From: Bdellovibrionales bacterium | Lineage (GTDB): Bacteria; Bdellovibrionota; Bdellovibrionia; Bdellovibrionales; UBA1609 | Length of the DNA stretch: 64,000 nucleotides | NCBI GenBank assembly: GCA_028283955.1 | Contig: JANQSP010000012.1 | Span: 4,579 to 68,578, forward strand | Reading direction: 5' to 3' | In this document: positions 8,215 through 16,327 of the stretch, piece after piece | Position numbering within the stretch: the stretch's first letter is position 1 | Layout of the letters: the number at the start of each line of letters is the position of its first letter | Program-made: the position numbers and the translations under genes | Notes under the pieces: generated by a model | The model's database searches: none | Told to the model about the DNA's origin: nothing | The model's input: the letters and a program-made list of their open reading frames with translations, nothing else

Positions 8215-9708
8215 CTACTGACTAGAAAGCTTAAACTTCTTTTTTATTCGGCTCACACCTGAACTGGCCGAAGTTTTGATAATCGGTGTCACAAAAACAA
8301 TGAACTGACTTTGAGAGCGATTAAACTTCTTGGAGGAAAGAAAAGAGAGTAAAGGGGAAGTGCTACCTTGAGGGGGTTCCCTGTTATAGTCAGAAAAAGT
8401 TTTGTTACTGATAATACCTCCTATTACAGCACTCAGACCACTTTGAACATGAATGCTGGTACTGAGTGAGCGATTTGTTGTAATAGGTCTTCCTCCCGTT
8501 GAACCGACTATATTACTAACCTTAAACTTTATTCCCGATAACTGAACACTATCCCCACGGGGCCCCACCACTCTGGGTGTTAAGGTCATCGTGACCTGTG
8601 ATACCGCTTTTTCCACAGTCTGCTCCCCATTGTCTCCCGTGGAACCCTGGTAAGGAACCTCCTTGGCGGAAGTAATAGTGGCGGGAGCTTTTTCCTCCGT
8701 AATTACGTTGGCACTATGTAAAATCCGGGCAAAACCAAAAGACTTGGCCCAATTCAACTTAGGTAAAAAATTATTAATCGTTCCGGAAATAATACCCCCG
8801 ACAGCCCCCAAGCCGGTGCTGCCAGAGTGAAAGGAAAACTTGGTGCCGTCTTCAATTTGTGGAGTCCATTGAAAGCGAAAACTGTCCGCGTAATCTTTAT
8901 TTAACTCCACGTAATGCACAACAAGTTGAATTAATTTATTTCTGCCGTCTTTTTGCTTCTCCCGTACCTTAATGTAATTAAGAATGGGAACACGGCTCCA
9001 CTCTTTTACTTTATTCTCACTAATAGCTCTATCCACTATATGGTCTGGCAGATACAATTTTGCAATTTCTTCCGCTCTGTTTTTTTCATCCGGGTCACTG
9101 ACAAAACCCTCTAAAATAAAAGTCATGTTAGTCGCCCGTACCGTAATATTGGGGTCGTTGATTTCTTTTTCTATAAATTTAGCCACCTTGTTTTGAGCCA
9201 AAGGACTTAGAGTGACTAGAGAGGTGGCCTTCCCTTTATATTCCTGTACCACATCGTGAATCCGTCTCATATCTCTGGGCACCAGGATCTCCCCGTCTAT
9301 AACCACTTTATTATTCAAAATTTTAACCTGAATCCCATCCACTGTTCTTAAGAGAGATTGAATTTCAGTGGCCGCCTGCTGCAGATCTGTTTTTCCCACT
9401 TTCAAAGCCAGTTTTTTCAGTATGCGCCCGGAAGCATCTTTAATATTTAAAGCACTGACCCCCACTCTTTTAGGCGTAAAGCGGATAACCCCGGCCGACG
9501 CATTATACTTTAACCCCGTATAACGGGCATAAGGCCCTTCGAATTTAAGCTTCTTTCCTTTTAAATCTTTGGAAAGCTCATAATCATACTGAATCCCTAC
9601 ATAAAGAGGTACAGACTCCAAAGCCTCATTTCCCCCCGTAAAAGGAGCATTAAAGAAAATAACATTAATAAAAAAAAGTTTTACAAATACTAAAATTATT
9701 TTTTTCAC
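8215..9708 (-). CDS. cpaC: Tad pilus secretin (RcpA/CpaC)
   Basis: 497 aa with a signal peptide and a C-terminal secretin domain (...GLSAVIGGIISNKT...FIVFVTPII). Located between cpaB and cpaF. Confidence 0.85.
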   Translation of the reverse strand: MKKIILVFVKLFFINVIFFNAPFTGGNEALESVPLYVGIQYDYELSKDLKGKKLKFEGPYARYTGLKYNASAGVIRFTPKRVGVSALNIKDASGRILKKLALKVGKTDLQQAATEIQSLLRTVDGIQVKILNNKVVIDGEILVPRDMRRIHDVVQEYKGKATSLVTLSPLAQNKVAKFIEKEINDPNITVRATNMTFILEGFVSDPDEKNRAEEIAKLYLPDHIVDRAISENKVKEWSRVPILNYIKVREKQKDGRNKLIQLVVHYVELNKDYADSFRFQWTPQIEDGTKFSFHSGSTGLGAVGGIISGTINNFLPKLNWAKSFGFARILHSANVITEEKAPATITSAKEVPYQGSTGDNGEQTVEKAVSQVTMTLTPRVVGPRGDSVQLSGIKFKVSNIVGSTGGRPITTNRSLSTSIHVQSGLSAVIGGIISNKTFSDYNREPPQGSTSPLLSFLSSKKFNRSQSQFIVFVTPIIKTSASSGVSRIKKKFKLSSQ

Positions 9709-9726
9709 TTTTTTATTCTCCTTTTT

Positions 9727-10554
9727 TTACTTTTTTATTTTTGGAAGCCACGTCTTATCTTTCTTAGAAGAAGGACGCCGTGCTCCCCGACCCAACAAAC
9801 TATTTAAACTGGAAAGAGGTAAGTGCTGGTTAATAGTATGGTCGCTGGGATGCCTCAGAGCCAGAAACAAAGCCCCCGGAGCTGTAGAAAGCACATAAAC
9901 CAAATCCTGAATATCTTTAGGATCCGCTTCAATAGTAATAGAATTAAAATCGGTCGCGGCCCGAATATTACGAATAAAACTGTCCCCACTGATCTCTTCA
10001 AAAACCCGCGGTAATTCATTCACCACTTTTATACCGGTCGCCAAAATAACCACATCCTGCATGATGGTTTTTACTTCTTTTTTTTGAACAGCCCCTTCCC
10101 TGACATCCAAAGAGGCAATAATATCCACCCTGTCTCCGGGTTTTAATAACTTTGCCACTCCCCGCATTTCATCAATAGGAATAGTTAAAGCTCTTTTCGT
10201 GGGGGACACCTGAAGGGAAAGTCCCGTTGTGGGACCCGGACGGGTGATCTTTGTCCTGAGCACCTGTTCTCCCTCACTGATAGGAGCCAAAGCAACCAAG
10301 CCGATTGCTTCCTCCATGGTTAAAAGAGCTTCCGGTTGCACGAAACTGCTGGGATATTCTTTTAGCTGAACCATGGAATCATTCACCGTTTCCATTTCCC
10401 CGACATCTCTTACGGCGGTCACAACAGAAGTCATGGATCCAAATTTCTTCGCAACCTGAGCGCTTTTTTCCTGTGTATAAGTATAAAGAAGCATCACCGC
10501 CAAAACGGCGGCACCAATACTGAGCCATAAAGTTAAAGTTTCATTTTTATTCAT
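9727..10554 (-). CDS. cpaB: Flp pilus assembly protein CpaB/RcpC
   Basis: 275 aa with an N-terminal TM segment (LWLSIGAAVLAVMLLY) followed by a SAF/RcpC-like region. SD is ggagg. Position is the canonical one, upstream of the secretin. Confidence 0.8.
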   Translation of the reverse strand: MNKNETLTLWLSIGAAVLAVMLLYTYTQEKSAQVAKKFGSMTSVVTAVRDVGEMETVNDSMVQLKEYPSSFVQPEALLTMEEAIGLVALAPISEGEQVLRTKITRPGPTTGLSLQVSPTKRALTIPIDEMRGVAKLLKPGDRVDIIASLDVREGAVQKKEVKTIMQDVVILATGIKVVNELPRVFEEISGDSFIRNIRAATDFNSITIEADPKDIQDLVYVLSTAPGALFLALRHPSDHTINQHLPLSSLNSLLGRGARRPSSKKDKTWLPKIKK

Positions 10555-10732
10555 TTACAAGACCTCCGTCCTGTTTATCACTTTGCTCTCAGACTTTCGT
10601 TTCGGAAAAAAAAGAGTAATAGATTAAATTTTCTTTTCTTTGAGTTTGGAGATTTTCTATCTTTTGGCTGTTTTTCAAAAAGACTTTTAAGGCGTGAATA
10701 AAAAAACCGGACTTAAAAATCTAAATGTTTAA

Positions 10733-11269
10733 TTAATCTCCACATTTTGCACTCAGACAAATCCCGTACCCCACCATGATCCAGGCCGGACCTACTTTTT
10801 GATTTATATTCCGATCTTCAATTTCTTCTATTTTATAAGTATGCTCAGGGTCGGATAAAAATTCACTCCGATCCGCGTAGCTGACACTTCTAAAATCCAC
10901 CCGACGCAAAGTGGCCGTAAGTGGGTCATCCGGATTTGCTTCAGAGGCAATATAAGAAAACCGTTTACCATGACCACTGAAGTTGCTCCCGTTATAATCT
11001 TCACGATAATATTGATCTCTCACATCATCACTCAGAATGGAATATTCCTGTCTTGCAAAATCCCTTAAATAGGAAAGATCTGAGCGATTATTAAAAAGAA
11101 AAAAAGTGTAATTTCTGGCCGCAATGGAATTTAAGATCGCCGTATGAGCGATACCCCAGGAACCCAGCGTGGCTCCCAACAAAATAAACATAACCCAGAT
11201 AATAGGAAGAGCCTCCAGCATGGCCAGGCCCCTTTGATTTTTTATAAACTGTTTTGACTTGTTTTTCAT
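10733..11269 (-). CDS. TadE-like pseudopilin
   Basis: N-terminus is MKNKSKQFIKNQRG/LAMLEALPIIWVMFILLG, a TadE-type processing motif. The track ORF starts at a TTG at 11311; I prefer the ATG at 11269. Confidence 0.7.
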   Translation of the reverse strand: MKNKSKQFIKNQRGLAMLEALPIIWVMFILLGATLGSWGIAHTAILNSIAARNYTFFLFNNRSDLSYLRDFARQEYSILSDDVRDQYYREDYNGSNFSGHGKRFSYIASEANPDDPLTATLRRVDFRSVSYADRSEFLSDPEHTYKIEEIEDRNINQKVGPAWIMVGYGICLSAKCGD

Positions 11270-11304
11270 TTCACCGCCACTCGCGAATCTCACTTCCTCT
11301 TTAC

Positions 11305-11910
11305 TTAACAACCATTATCGTGAAAAGGCTGATAGCTTATTGTAGCCGAACTTACCGGTATACTTCCATGCTTATCTAATATAAGCTCCCATCTCTTATT
11401 ATTAAATTGCTCACATTCCGTTATTGTTGGCTCTCTTCCAAGATAAGAGCCGATAGTTGTCTCAAAAAAAGCCTCATTTTCCTCAGTACCTCCCCATATA
11501 GTGTCCACTTCCAATACCTTAGGTATAAATTTTGTCCACACTCCATAAAAGAGATTAGGTGCCCCACTGGCAGGAGGAAAACTTCTATTCAAACCCAAAC
11601 CCTCCCCCGATAAATCACTGGCCTCAGTAATTCTAAATAAATCCGGCTTGAAAAATTTATTTAAATGAAGACTGCTTACCAAATCGTTATATTTTTCCAT
11701 AGCCGCTTGTCGTTGATAACCTTTTGAACCATGGCTTAAAAATAAATCCCGGCTGGCAGCATAAGTTATATACTGTGTGACCTCGGTCACGGCCAAAGTA
11801 AAAGTCATAACGGAAAAAAGCATCACAAAGCTCAAAATTAAAATAAAACCCAGTAAAAACTGAACTGTAAGGCTACCTCTACAAGAAAAAATAAAGCGCT
11901 TTTGATTCAA
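11305..11910 (-). CDS. TadE/TadG-like pseudopilin
   Basis: 201 aa. N-terminus is ...SCRG/SLTVQFLLGFILILSFVML, a hydrophobic pilin-like segment with Q in place of E. Confidence 0.65.
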   Translation of the reverse strand: MNQKRFIFSCRGSLTVQFLLGFILILSFVMLFSVMTFTLAVTEVTQYITYAASRDLFLSHGSKGYQRQAAMEKYNDLVSSLHLNKFFKPDLFRITEASDLSGEGLGLNRSFPPASGAPNLFYGVWTKFIPKVLEVDTIWGGTEENEAFFETTIGSYLGREPTITECEQFNNKRWELILDKHGSIPVSSATISYQPFHDNGC

Positions 11911-12014
11911 AAAAATTTCCCCTGTTTGTTTTAAACAATTCCAGATATTTTTTATTCTTTTTCCCGTTTTTCAAATTCAGAAAAATCAAAATTTTTAATA
12001 GTGACATCAAATTT

Positions 12015-12275
12015 TTAATTGGGATTCACACCCTCTTGAGAATACATTCTCCTAAAATAATTAGGATGATTAGCCATGGCATCCTGTCTTTTTGCCCAAC
12101 TCCCTGATTCTATCATACCATTAACTGTTTTCCAGGGTCCGGCAACAAAACGATGAACCACTTTACCGTCTTTTAGTCCCTTTTTAACAAGATAACCCAT
12201 GGTAACCAGAAGGGCCAAAATCAAAACCATCTCTAATGTGGCCTGCCCTTTTTGAGATTTTATTCTTCCAAACAT
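12015..12275 (-). CDS. Pilin-like protein, 86 aa, with a prepilin-type N-terminus
   Basis: MFGRIKSQKG/QATLEMVLILALLVTMGYLV has a G-x4-E motif followed by a hydrophobic helix. It lies inside the Tad operon. Confidence 0.7.
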   Translation of the reverse strand: MFGRIKSQKGQATLEMVLILALLVTMGYLVKKGLKDGKVVHRFVAGPWKTVNGMIESGSWAKRQDAMANHPNYFRRMYSQEGVNPN

Positions 12276-12297
12276 AATACTTCCTTTTTTGAACCCA

Positions 12298-12780
12298 CTA
12301 ATTAATAAAATAAAAAGAACTGAGCCACCCTAAAAACAAACTGACAGAAAAGGGAAAACTATGAAGCATATCGGAAGAAGGTTTTTTTAGCTTAAGCAAA
12401 GAGAGAAAATTGACATACATGACACCTGTTTTTTTATCCAGAATCACTTTTATAAGACCCAAAACAGCCCCCCAAAAAAAAGCACAAATGAGGCTAACAA
12501 TTAAAGCCCTGGGGGACAGCACCAAAGCCAACACAGCATAGAGTTTCATATCCCCGCCCCCTATTATCTTCAACAACACCAGGGGAATACTGATTCCCAA
12601 GGCGATCAGTAAATTCAGTAAAGCGGGAAAAAGCCCCTGCACACCCTGAAAAATCAAAACCGAAAACAGAGCCACAGCCAACAACACAAGAATAAGAATA
12701 TTATGAATTTTTCTGGACCTTAAATCATCCAACACAGCGGAAAGTAAAATGAGAGCGGGTAAAATATAGTTAAAAAACAT
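12298..12780 (-). CDS. cpaA: Prepilin peptidase CpaA/TadV (A24 family, no methyltransferase domain)
   Basis: 160 aa, polytopic. The two Asp motifs are LDDLRSRKIHN and GGGDMKL. Confidence 0.85.
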   Translation of the reverse strand: MFFNYILPALILLSAVLDDLRSRKIHNILILVLLAVALFSVLIFQGVQGLFPALLNLLIALGISIPLVLLKIIGGGDMKLYAVLALVLSPRALIVSLICAFFWGAVLGLIKVILDKKTGVMYVNFLSLLKLKKPSSDMLHSFPFSVSLFLGWLSSFYFIN

Positions 12781-12895
12781 GAAAAATCTTCCAAAGAAAA
12801 GACTATGACTGTCTTAATTAGACCCCCTTTTTTCCATGGAAATAAGAATATTTTTTTTACCGGACAAAAACAAGACCAAGAGGCTATATTTTAAA

Positions 12896-13093
12896 TTATG
12901 GCTCTCTCCACTGAATAGGAGCTGAACTGGTAGTCCAAAAACCCACCCCGGTGGCCACATGTTTTTCCACCCGGGCGGAAAGAAAAGGAAGGTTTTCATT
13001 AAAGTTATTTACGACACCATGTTGAGGATGCATAAACAGACCTAAAATAATGAGGCCATACACAGAAAGCAACAACACTAGTTCGGCTGTCAT
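12896..13093 (-). CDS. Small membrane protein of the Tad operon, 65 aa, pilin-like hydrophobic N-terminus without a leader
   Basis: Strong SD (ggaggagtggag) upstream of the ATG. An in-frame stop lies 8 codons upstream, so no longer leader is possible. N-terminus is MTAELVLLLSVYGLIILGLF. Confidence 0.6.
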   Translation of the reverse strand: MTAELVLLLSVYGLIILGLFMHPQHGVVNNFNENLPFLSARVEKHVATGVGFWTTSSAPIQWREP

Positions 13094-13133
13094 TTTTCTC
13101 CACTCCTCCCAAACAAATTAAACCACTATTCTA

Positions 13134-13319
13134 TTATTCACTAAAACCCATTACTTTTCCGCTTAAATCACCTATCTTCTTCCCTAGCAGTTCTTTGAGT
13201 TGATTTCTAAAAACAACGGCCAGGCCCACAACAGCCACCAGAATCAAAACATATTCTGCCGTTCCCTGCCCGGACTCATCTTTCCAAAGCTGAAGAGCCA
13301 CTGACTTTAATTTTTTCAT
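13134..13319 (-). CDS. flp: Flp-family type IVb pilin
   Basis: 61 aa: MKKLKSVALQLWKDESGQG/TAEYVLILVAVVGLAVV. This is the canonical Flp G-x4-EY motif followed by a hydrophobic helix. First gene of the operon; SD is aaggagg. Confidence 0.9.
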   Translation of the reverse strand: MKKLKSVALQLWKDESGQGTAEYVLILVAVVGLAVVFRNQLKELLGKKIGDLSGKVMGFSE

Positions 13320-13621
13320 AAATCCTCCTTATAAATTAAAACCTATCTCTTATCATCGGATAAACATAAAAAACCTTTAACTCCTGAATTCACAAAATGA
13401 TTAAACGAATTTTTATTTCACCTCCTCTTTTAAAGTCTCATTTTGATACAATCCTTCCGACTGATATATTTTCAACAAAACAAAAATAATTAGGATAAAA
13501 GGCTTACCAAGTGAAAGGAGAGTTATTAAAAAATATAACCTGTTCACTTATTCCATTTATTTGTCAGCTCAATCTATTTCAATACTGTTCCGATAAATCA
13601 ATGTGAATTAAGGGGTTTTTT

Positions 13622-14596
13622 ATGATTGTTCCCGCCTTTTCCAAACTAAAGAAAAATAAAGGTCAGGCCATAGTGGAATATGTCCTGATTTTAACAGTAG
13701 TGGTATTGGTTATGGGAGCGATCCTTTTAAGACTCAATCATGGGTTTAAGAGATGGGGTAAGTCCATAATAGGTACGGAAGGATATATTGCCTGTTTAAT
13801 GCAGACAGGACTTTTACCCGGACAACCCACAGCCCATCTCAGCAATCCTTGCGCGGGCATTAGTAATATAGACTTCACAGCCGAGGGAACTTCTTCCGGC
13901 AGTTCTTCCTCCTCTTCTTCTTCTTCCTCCTCTTCCAGTAGTTCCTCGTCTTCTTCCTCTTCCTCCTCTTCTTCTTCTTCCTCCAGTGGAGGGGGGGGGG
14001 ATGATCCGAACGGAACAGACACCAGTAACAGTAGCAACAATTCTTCTCAATACAATAATAGTAACAGTTCCGGTAAAAAAAGTCGCAAGCCCGGCAGATC
14101 AAAAAACAAGGGAGGGTCCGGCACCAGCGGCCAGTACATCTCTGTCAATAACTCCAATATGTTATTAGAGGATGACTTACACCAAAACAACAGCGATACA
14201 GGTGGAGGGGGGGGCCGGTCCTCAAGGAAAAAAAAGAAAAAGATGGGTTTTAGAGATGGTCTTACCGCCTCTGACAGTAAACCGGGTCACTCCGGCCGAC
14301 GCTTCAGAGCCGTAGGGTCCTATGGTTATATGTCCACTGACCAGGAAGAACAGGAAAGAAGAAATATTCCTATTGCTTTATCCAGTGGAGGAGGAAAAAA
14401 ATCAAAATCTCAGGAAAAAGAAAAAAGAAGCCACCTGGTTAAAAAAGATAAAAAGAAATCCTCCGGGGATGAAGGTGAAATAAAGCCCTGGAGTTTTGGA
14501 AACATATTTCGCATTGTCCTGATTATTCTTATCATCGGTGTCGTTTTATTCCTTATTATCAGTCAAACTTCCTCCGTAAAAAAATCCCTGAAATAA
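13622..14596 (+). CDS. Atypical Flp-like prepilin fused to a poly-Ser/low-complexity region and a C-terminal TM anchor
   Basis: 324 aa. N-terminus MIVPAFSKLKKNKG/QAIVEYVLILTVVVLV is an Flp motif. It contains 29 consecutive Ser, G/N/S/K-rich tracts and a C-terminal IFRIVLIILIIGVVLFLII. SD is aagggg. Divergent from flp. Confidence 0.75.
   Translation: MIVPAFSKLKKNKGQAIVEYVLILTVVVLVMGAILLRLNHGFKRWGKSIIGTEGYIACLMQTGLLPGQPTAHLSNPCAGISNIDFTAEGTSSGSSSSSSSSSSSSSSSSSSSSSSSSSSSSSGGGGDDPNGTDTSNSSNNSSQYNNSNSSGKKSRKPGRSKNKGGSGTSGQYISVNNSNMLLEDDLHQNNSDTGGGGGRSSRKKKKKMGFRDGLTASDSKPGHSGRRFRAVGSYGYMSTDQEEQERRNIPIALSSGGGKKSKSQEKEKRSHLVKKDKKKSSGDEGEIKPWSFGNIFRIVLIILIIGVVLFLIISQTSSVKKSLK
13901..13987 (+). repeat. 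(TCY/AGT)29 poly-serine codon tract
   Basis: Counted codon by codon: 29 uninterrupted Ser codons, mostly tct/tcc. Confidence 0.95.
13991..14000 (+). repeat. G10 homopolymer inside the CDS
   Basis: gga-gggggggggg-at, encoding GGGG. A second G8 run lies at 14207-14214. Confidence 0.95.
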
Positions 14597-14612
14597 CCAC
14601 CTTCCCGATTCC

Positions 14613-14693
14613 CGTCATTCCGGACTTGATCCGGAATCCACATCGGAGTAAAAACAGGAGTGACATAGATTCTGAATCAAGTTCAGAATGACG
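14613..14693. repeat. Twin inverted hairpins (REP-like element / bidirectional terminator)
   Basis: cgtc-attccgga-cttga-tccggaat (14613-14637) and attctgaa-tcaag-ttcagaat-gacg (14669-14693). The two units are reverse complements of each other. They differ at stem positions (cc/gg versus tg/ca), and each hairpin stays fully paired. Confidence 0.8.
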
Positions 14694-14743
14694 AAAAACC
14701 AAAATCTTAAATCAAGAAAGGACTTGCCCCAAGTAAAAAAACA

Positions 14744-16324
14744 ATGAAGATAGGAATGGCCCAAATTAACTCTCTTACAGGAAACATTTCATTTAATGAA
14801 AAAAAAATATTGGAATACATTTTTAAAGCCCAAAAGCAAAAAGCCCGGTTATTAATCTTTCCGGAAATGACTTTAAATGGCTATTCTCCTTTAGACTTAC
14901 TTAATAAAAAGTTTTTTTTACAACAAATCTCCCGATCCATTAAAAGAATTCACAAACAAGTACCAAAAGACATGACTGTTTTGCTCGGAGCGGCCGGGCC
15001 GGATTCTTCACCGAAGATTTCCGTTTTTTTTCTTCAAAAAAATAAAAAAATAAAAGTCTTCTCAAAAGAAATTCTCGCCGACTATGACGTTTTTGATGAA
15101 GATAGATATTTTAAAAGAGGAAAAATGCAGGACAATTGTTTCACTCTTAAAAACATGACGATTCAGGTTCTGATGTGTGAGGAAACATGGCACAAACCAT
15201 TGTTACGGTATAAAAAAAATCCGGACCTTATTATCAGTCTCAATGCCTCTCCCTTTAGCCTATATAAAGATCAAAAACGAAAGCAGATTGCCAGGAGATG
15301 GGCCAAAAAATATCAATCTCCTCTCATCTACCTTAACTCAGTGGGAGGCCAGGAGGAACTTATCTTTGACGGAGGCAGTTTTATTTTAAATCAAAAAGGC
15401 AACTTAATTCACCAAAACCCTTTCTTTCAGGAAAATCTCTCTTACTTTGATTTTCCAGAGAAAAAAAAGAAAAACACCTTTATTACCACCTCCAGAAAAA
15501 AAAGAGACTCCATACAGGAACAAACAGCCAAAGCTCTTATTTTCGGACTACAGGAGTTTATCAAGAAAAACGGATTCAAAAAAGTACACTTGGGTTTGAG
15601 TGGCGGTGTGGATTCCGCTTTGGTGGCCACTTTAGCCTGCGAAGCCCAGGGGAAAAAAAATGTCCAGCTCTTTTTTCTTCCCGGCCCTTTTACTTCCCGG
15701 CTTTCTGAAAAATGCGCCTTCAAAATGGCCGACAAATTAGGGTGCCGTCTCATCACTCAGGATATTGAAAGCTTTTACCTTAAATTTTTGAAAATAAAAA
15801 TATCAAAGGCCGGAGAAAAACTTTTGGATATCACAAAACAAAATATCCAGGCGCGACTGAGAAGTTTATTCCTTATGGCCTATGCCAATAATCATCCGGA
15901 AAGTCTTTTACTCGGCACCTCCAACAAAAGTGAACTGGCTTTAGGTTACGGAACTCTATATGGAGATATAACAGGAGGATTACTGCCCATCGGAGATTTG
16001 TTCAAAACCGAAGTATACCAACTGGGCCGATATTTAAAAATTCCCGCCAACATCCTTAAAAGGGAAGCCAGTGCAGAATTAAAAAAGGACCAGAAAGATG
16101 AAGATGACCTCCCTCCTTATAAAGCTCTCGATCCCGTATTGCAAAAACTCATAGAGGAAGAAAAAGACCCCGGTAACCCTTTTGAAAAAAGAATATTCAA
16201 ATGGTTAATAAATAGTGAATTTAAGAGAAGACAATCTCCCCCTATATTAAAAATAAAAAATCGTTCTTTCGACAGAGGTTGGAGAATACCTCTCTCCATG
16301 AGGTCTTACTTTCCAGATTCATAA
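14744..16324 (+). CDS. nadE: Glutamine-dependent NAD+ synthetase (CN-hydrolase domain plus NAD synthetase domain)
   Basis: 526 aa. The N-terminal nitrilase-like domain contains the catalytic Glu (FPEMTLNGY). The PP-loop is GLSGGVDSALVA. Confidence 0.9.
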   Translation: MKIGMAQINSLTGNISFNEKKILEYIFKAQKQKARLLIFPEMTLNGYSPLDLLNKKFFLQQISRSIKRIHKQVPKDMTVLLGAAGPDSSPKISVFFLQKNKKIKVFSKEILADYDVFDEDRYFKRGKMQDNCFTLKNMTIQVLMCEETWHKPLLRYKKNPDLIISLNASPFSLYKDQKRKQIARRWAKKYQSPLIYLNSVGGQEELIFDGGSFILNQKGNLIHQNPFFQENLSYFDFPEKKKKNTFITTSRKKRDSIQEQTAKALIFGLQEFIKKNGFKKVHLGLSGGVDSALVATLACEAQGKKNVQLFFLPGPFTSRLSEKCAFKMADKLGCRLITQDIESFYLKFLKIKISKAGEKLLDITKQNIQARLRSLFLMAYANNHPESLLLGTSNKSELALGYGTLYGDITGGLLPIGDLFKTEVYQLGRYLKIPANILKREASAELKKDQKDEDDLPPYKALDPVLQKLIEEEKDPGNPFEKRIFKWLINSEFKRRQSPPILKIKNRSFDRGWRIPLSMRSYFPDS

Positions 16325-16327
16325 TAA

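Noticed and set aside
12814-12999. 61-aa minus-strand ORF overlapping the 65-aa small membrane protein gene
   Set aside because: It lies in a different frame over a gene that has a strong SD. It has no SD of its own and an implausible W/P/G-rich sequence.
13738-14168. Four track ORFs overlapping the poly-Ser region (13738..14040, 13814..14050 and 13875..14102 on minus; 13986..14168 on plus) that encode poly-Glu, poly-Arg/Gly or poly-Lys/Arg strings
   Set aside because: They are alternative-frame or antisense readings of the (TCY)n and G-rich low-complexity DNA. They have no SD and no sensible termini. The plus-strand 324-aa ORF with the Flp motif explains the region.
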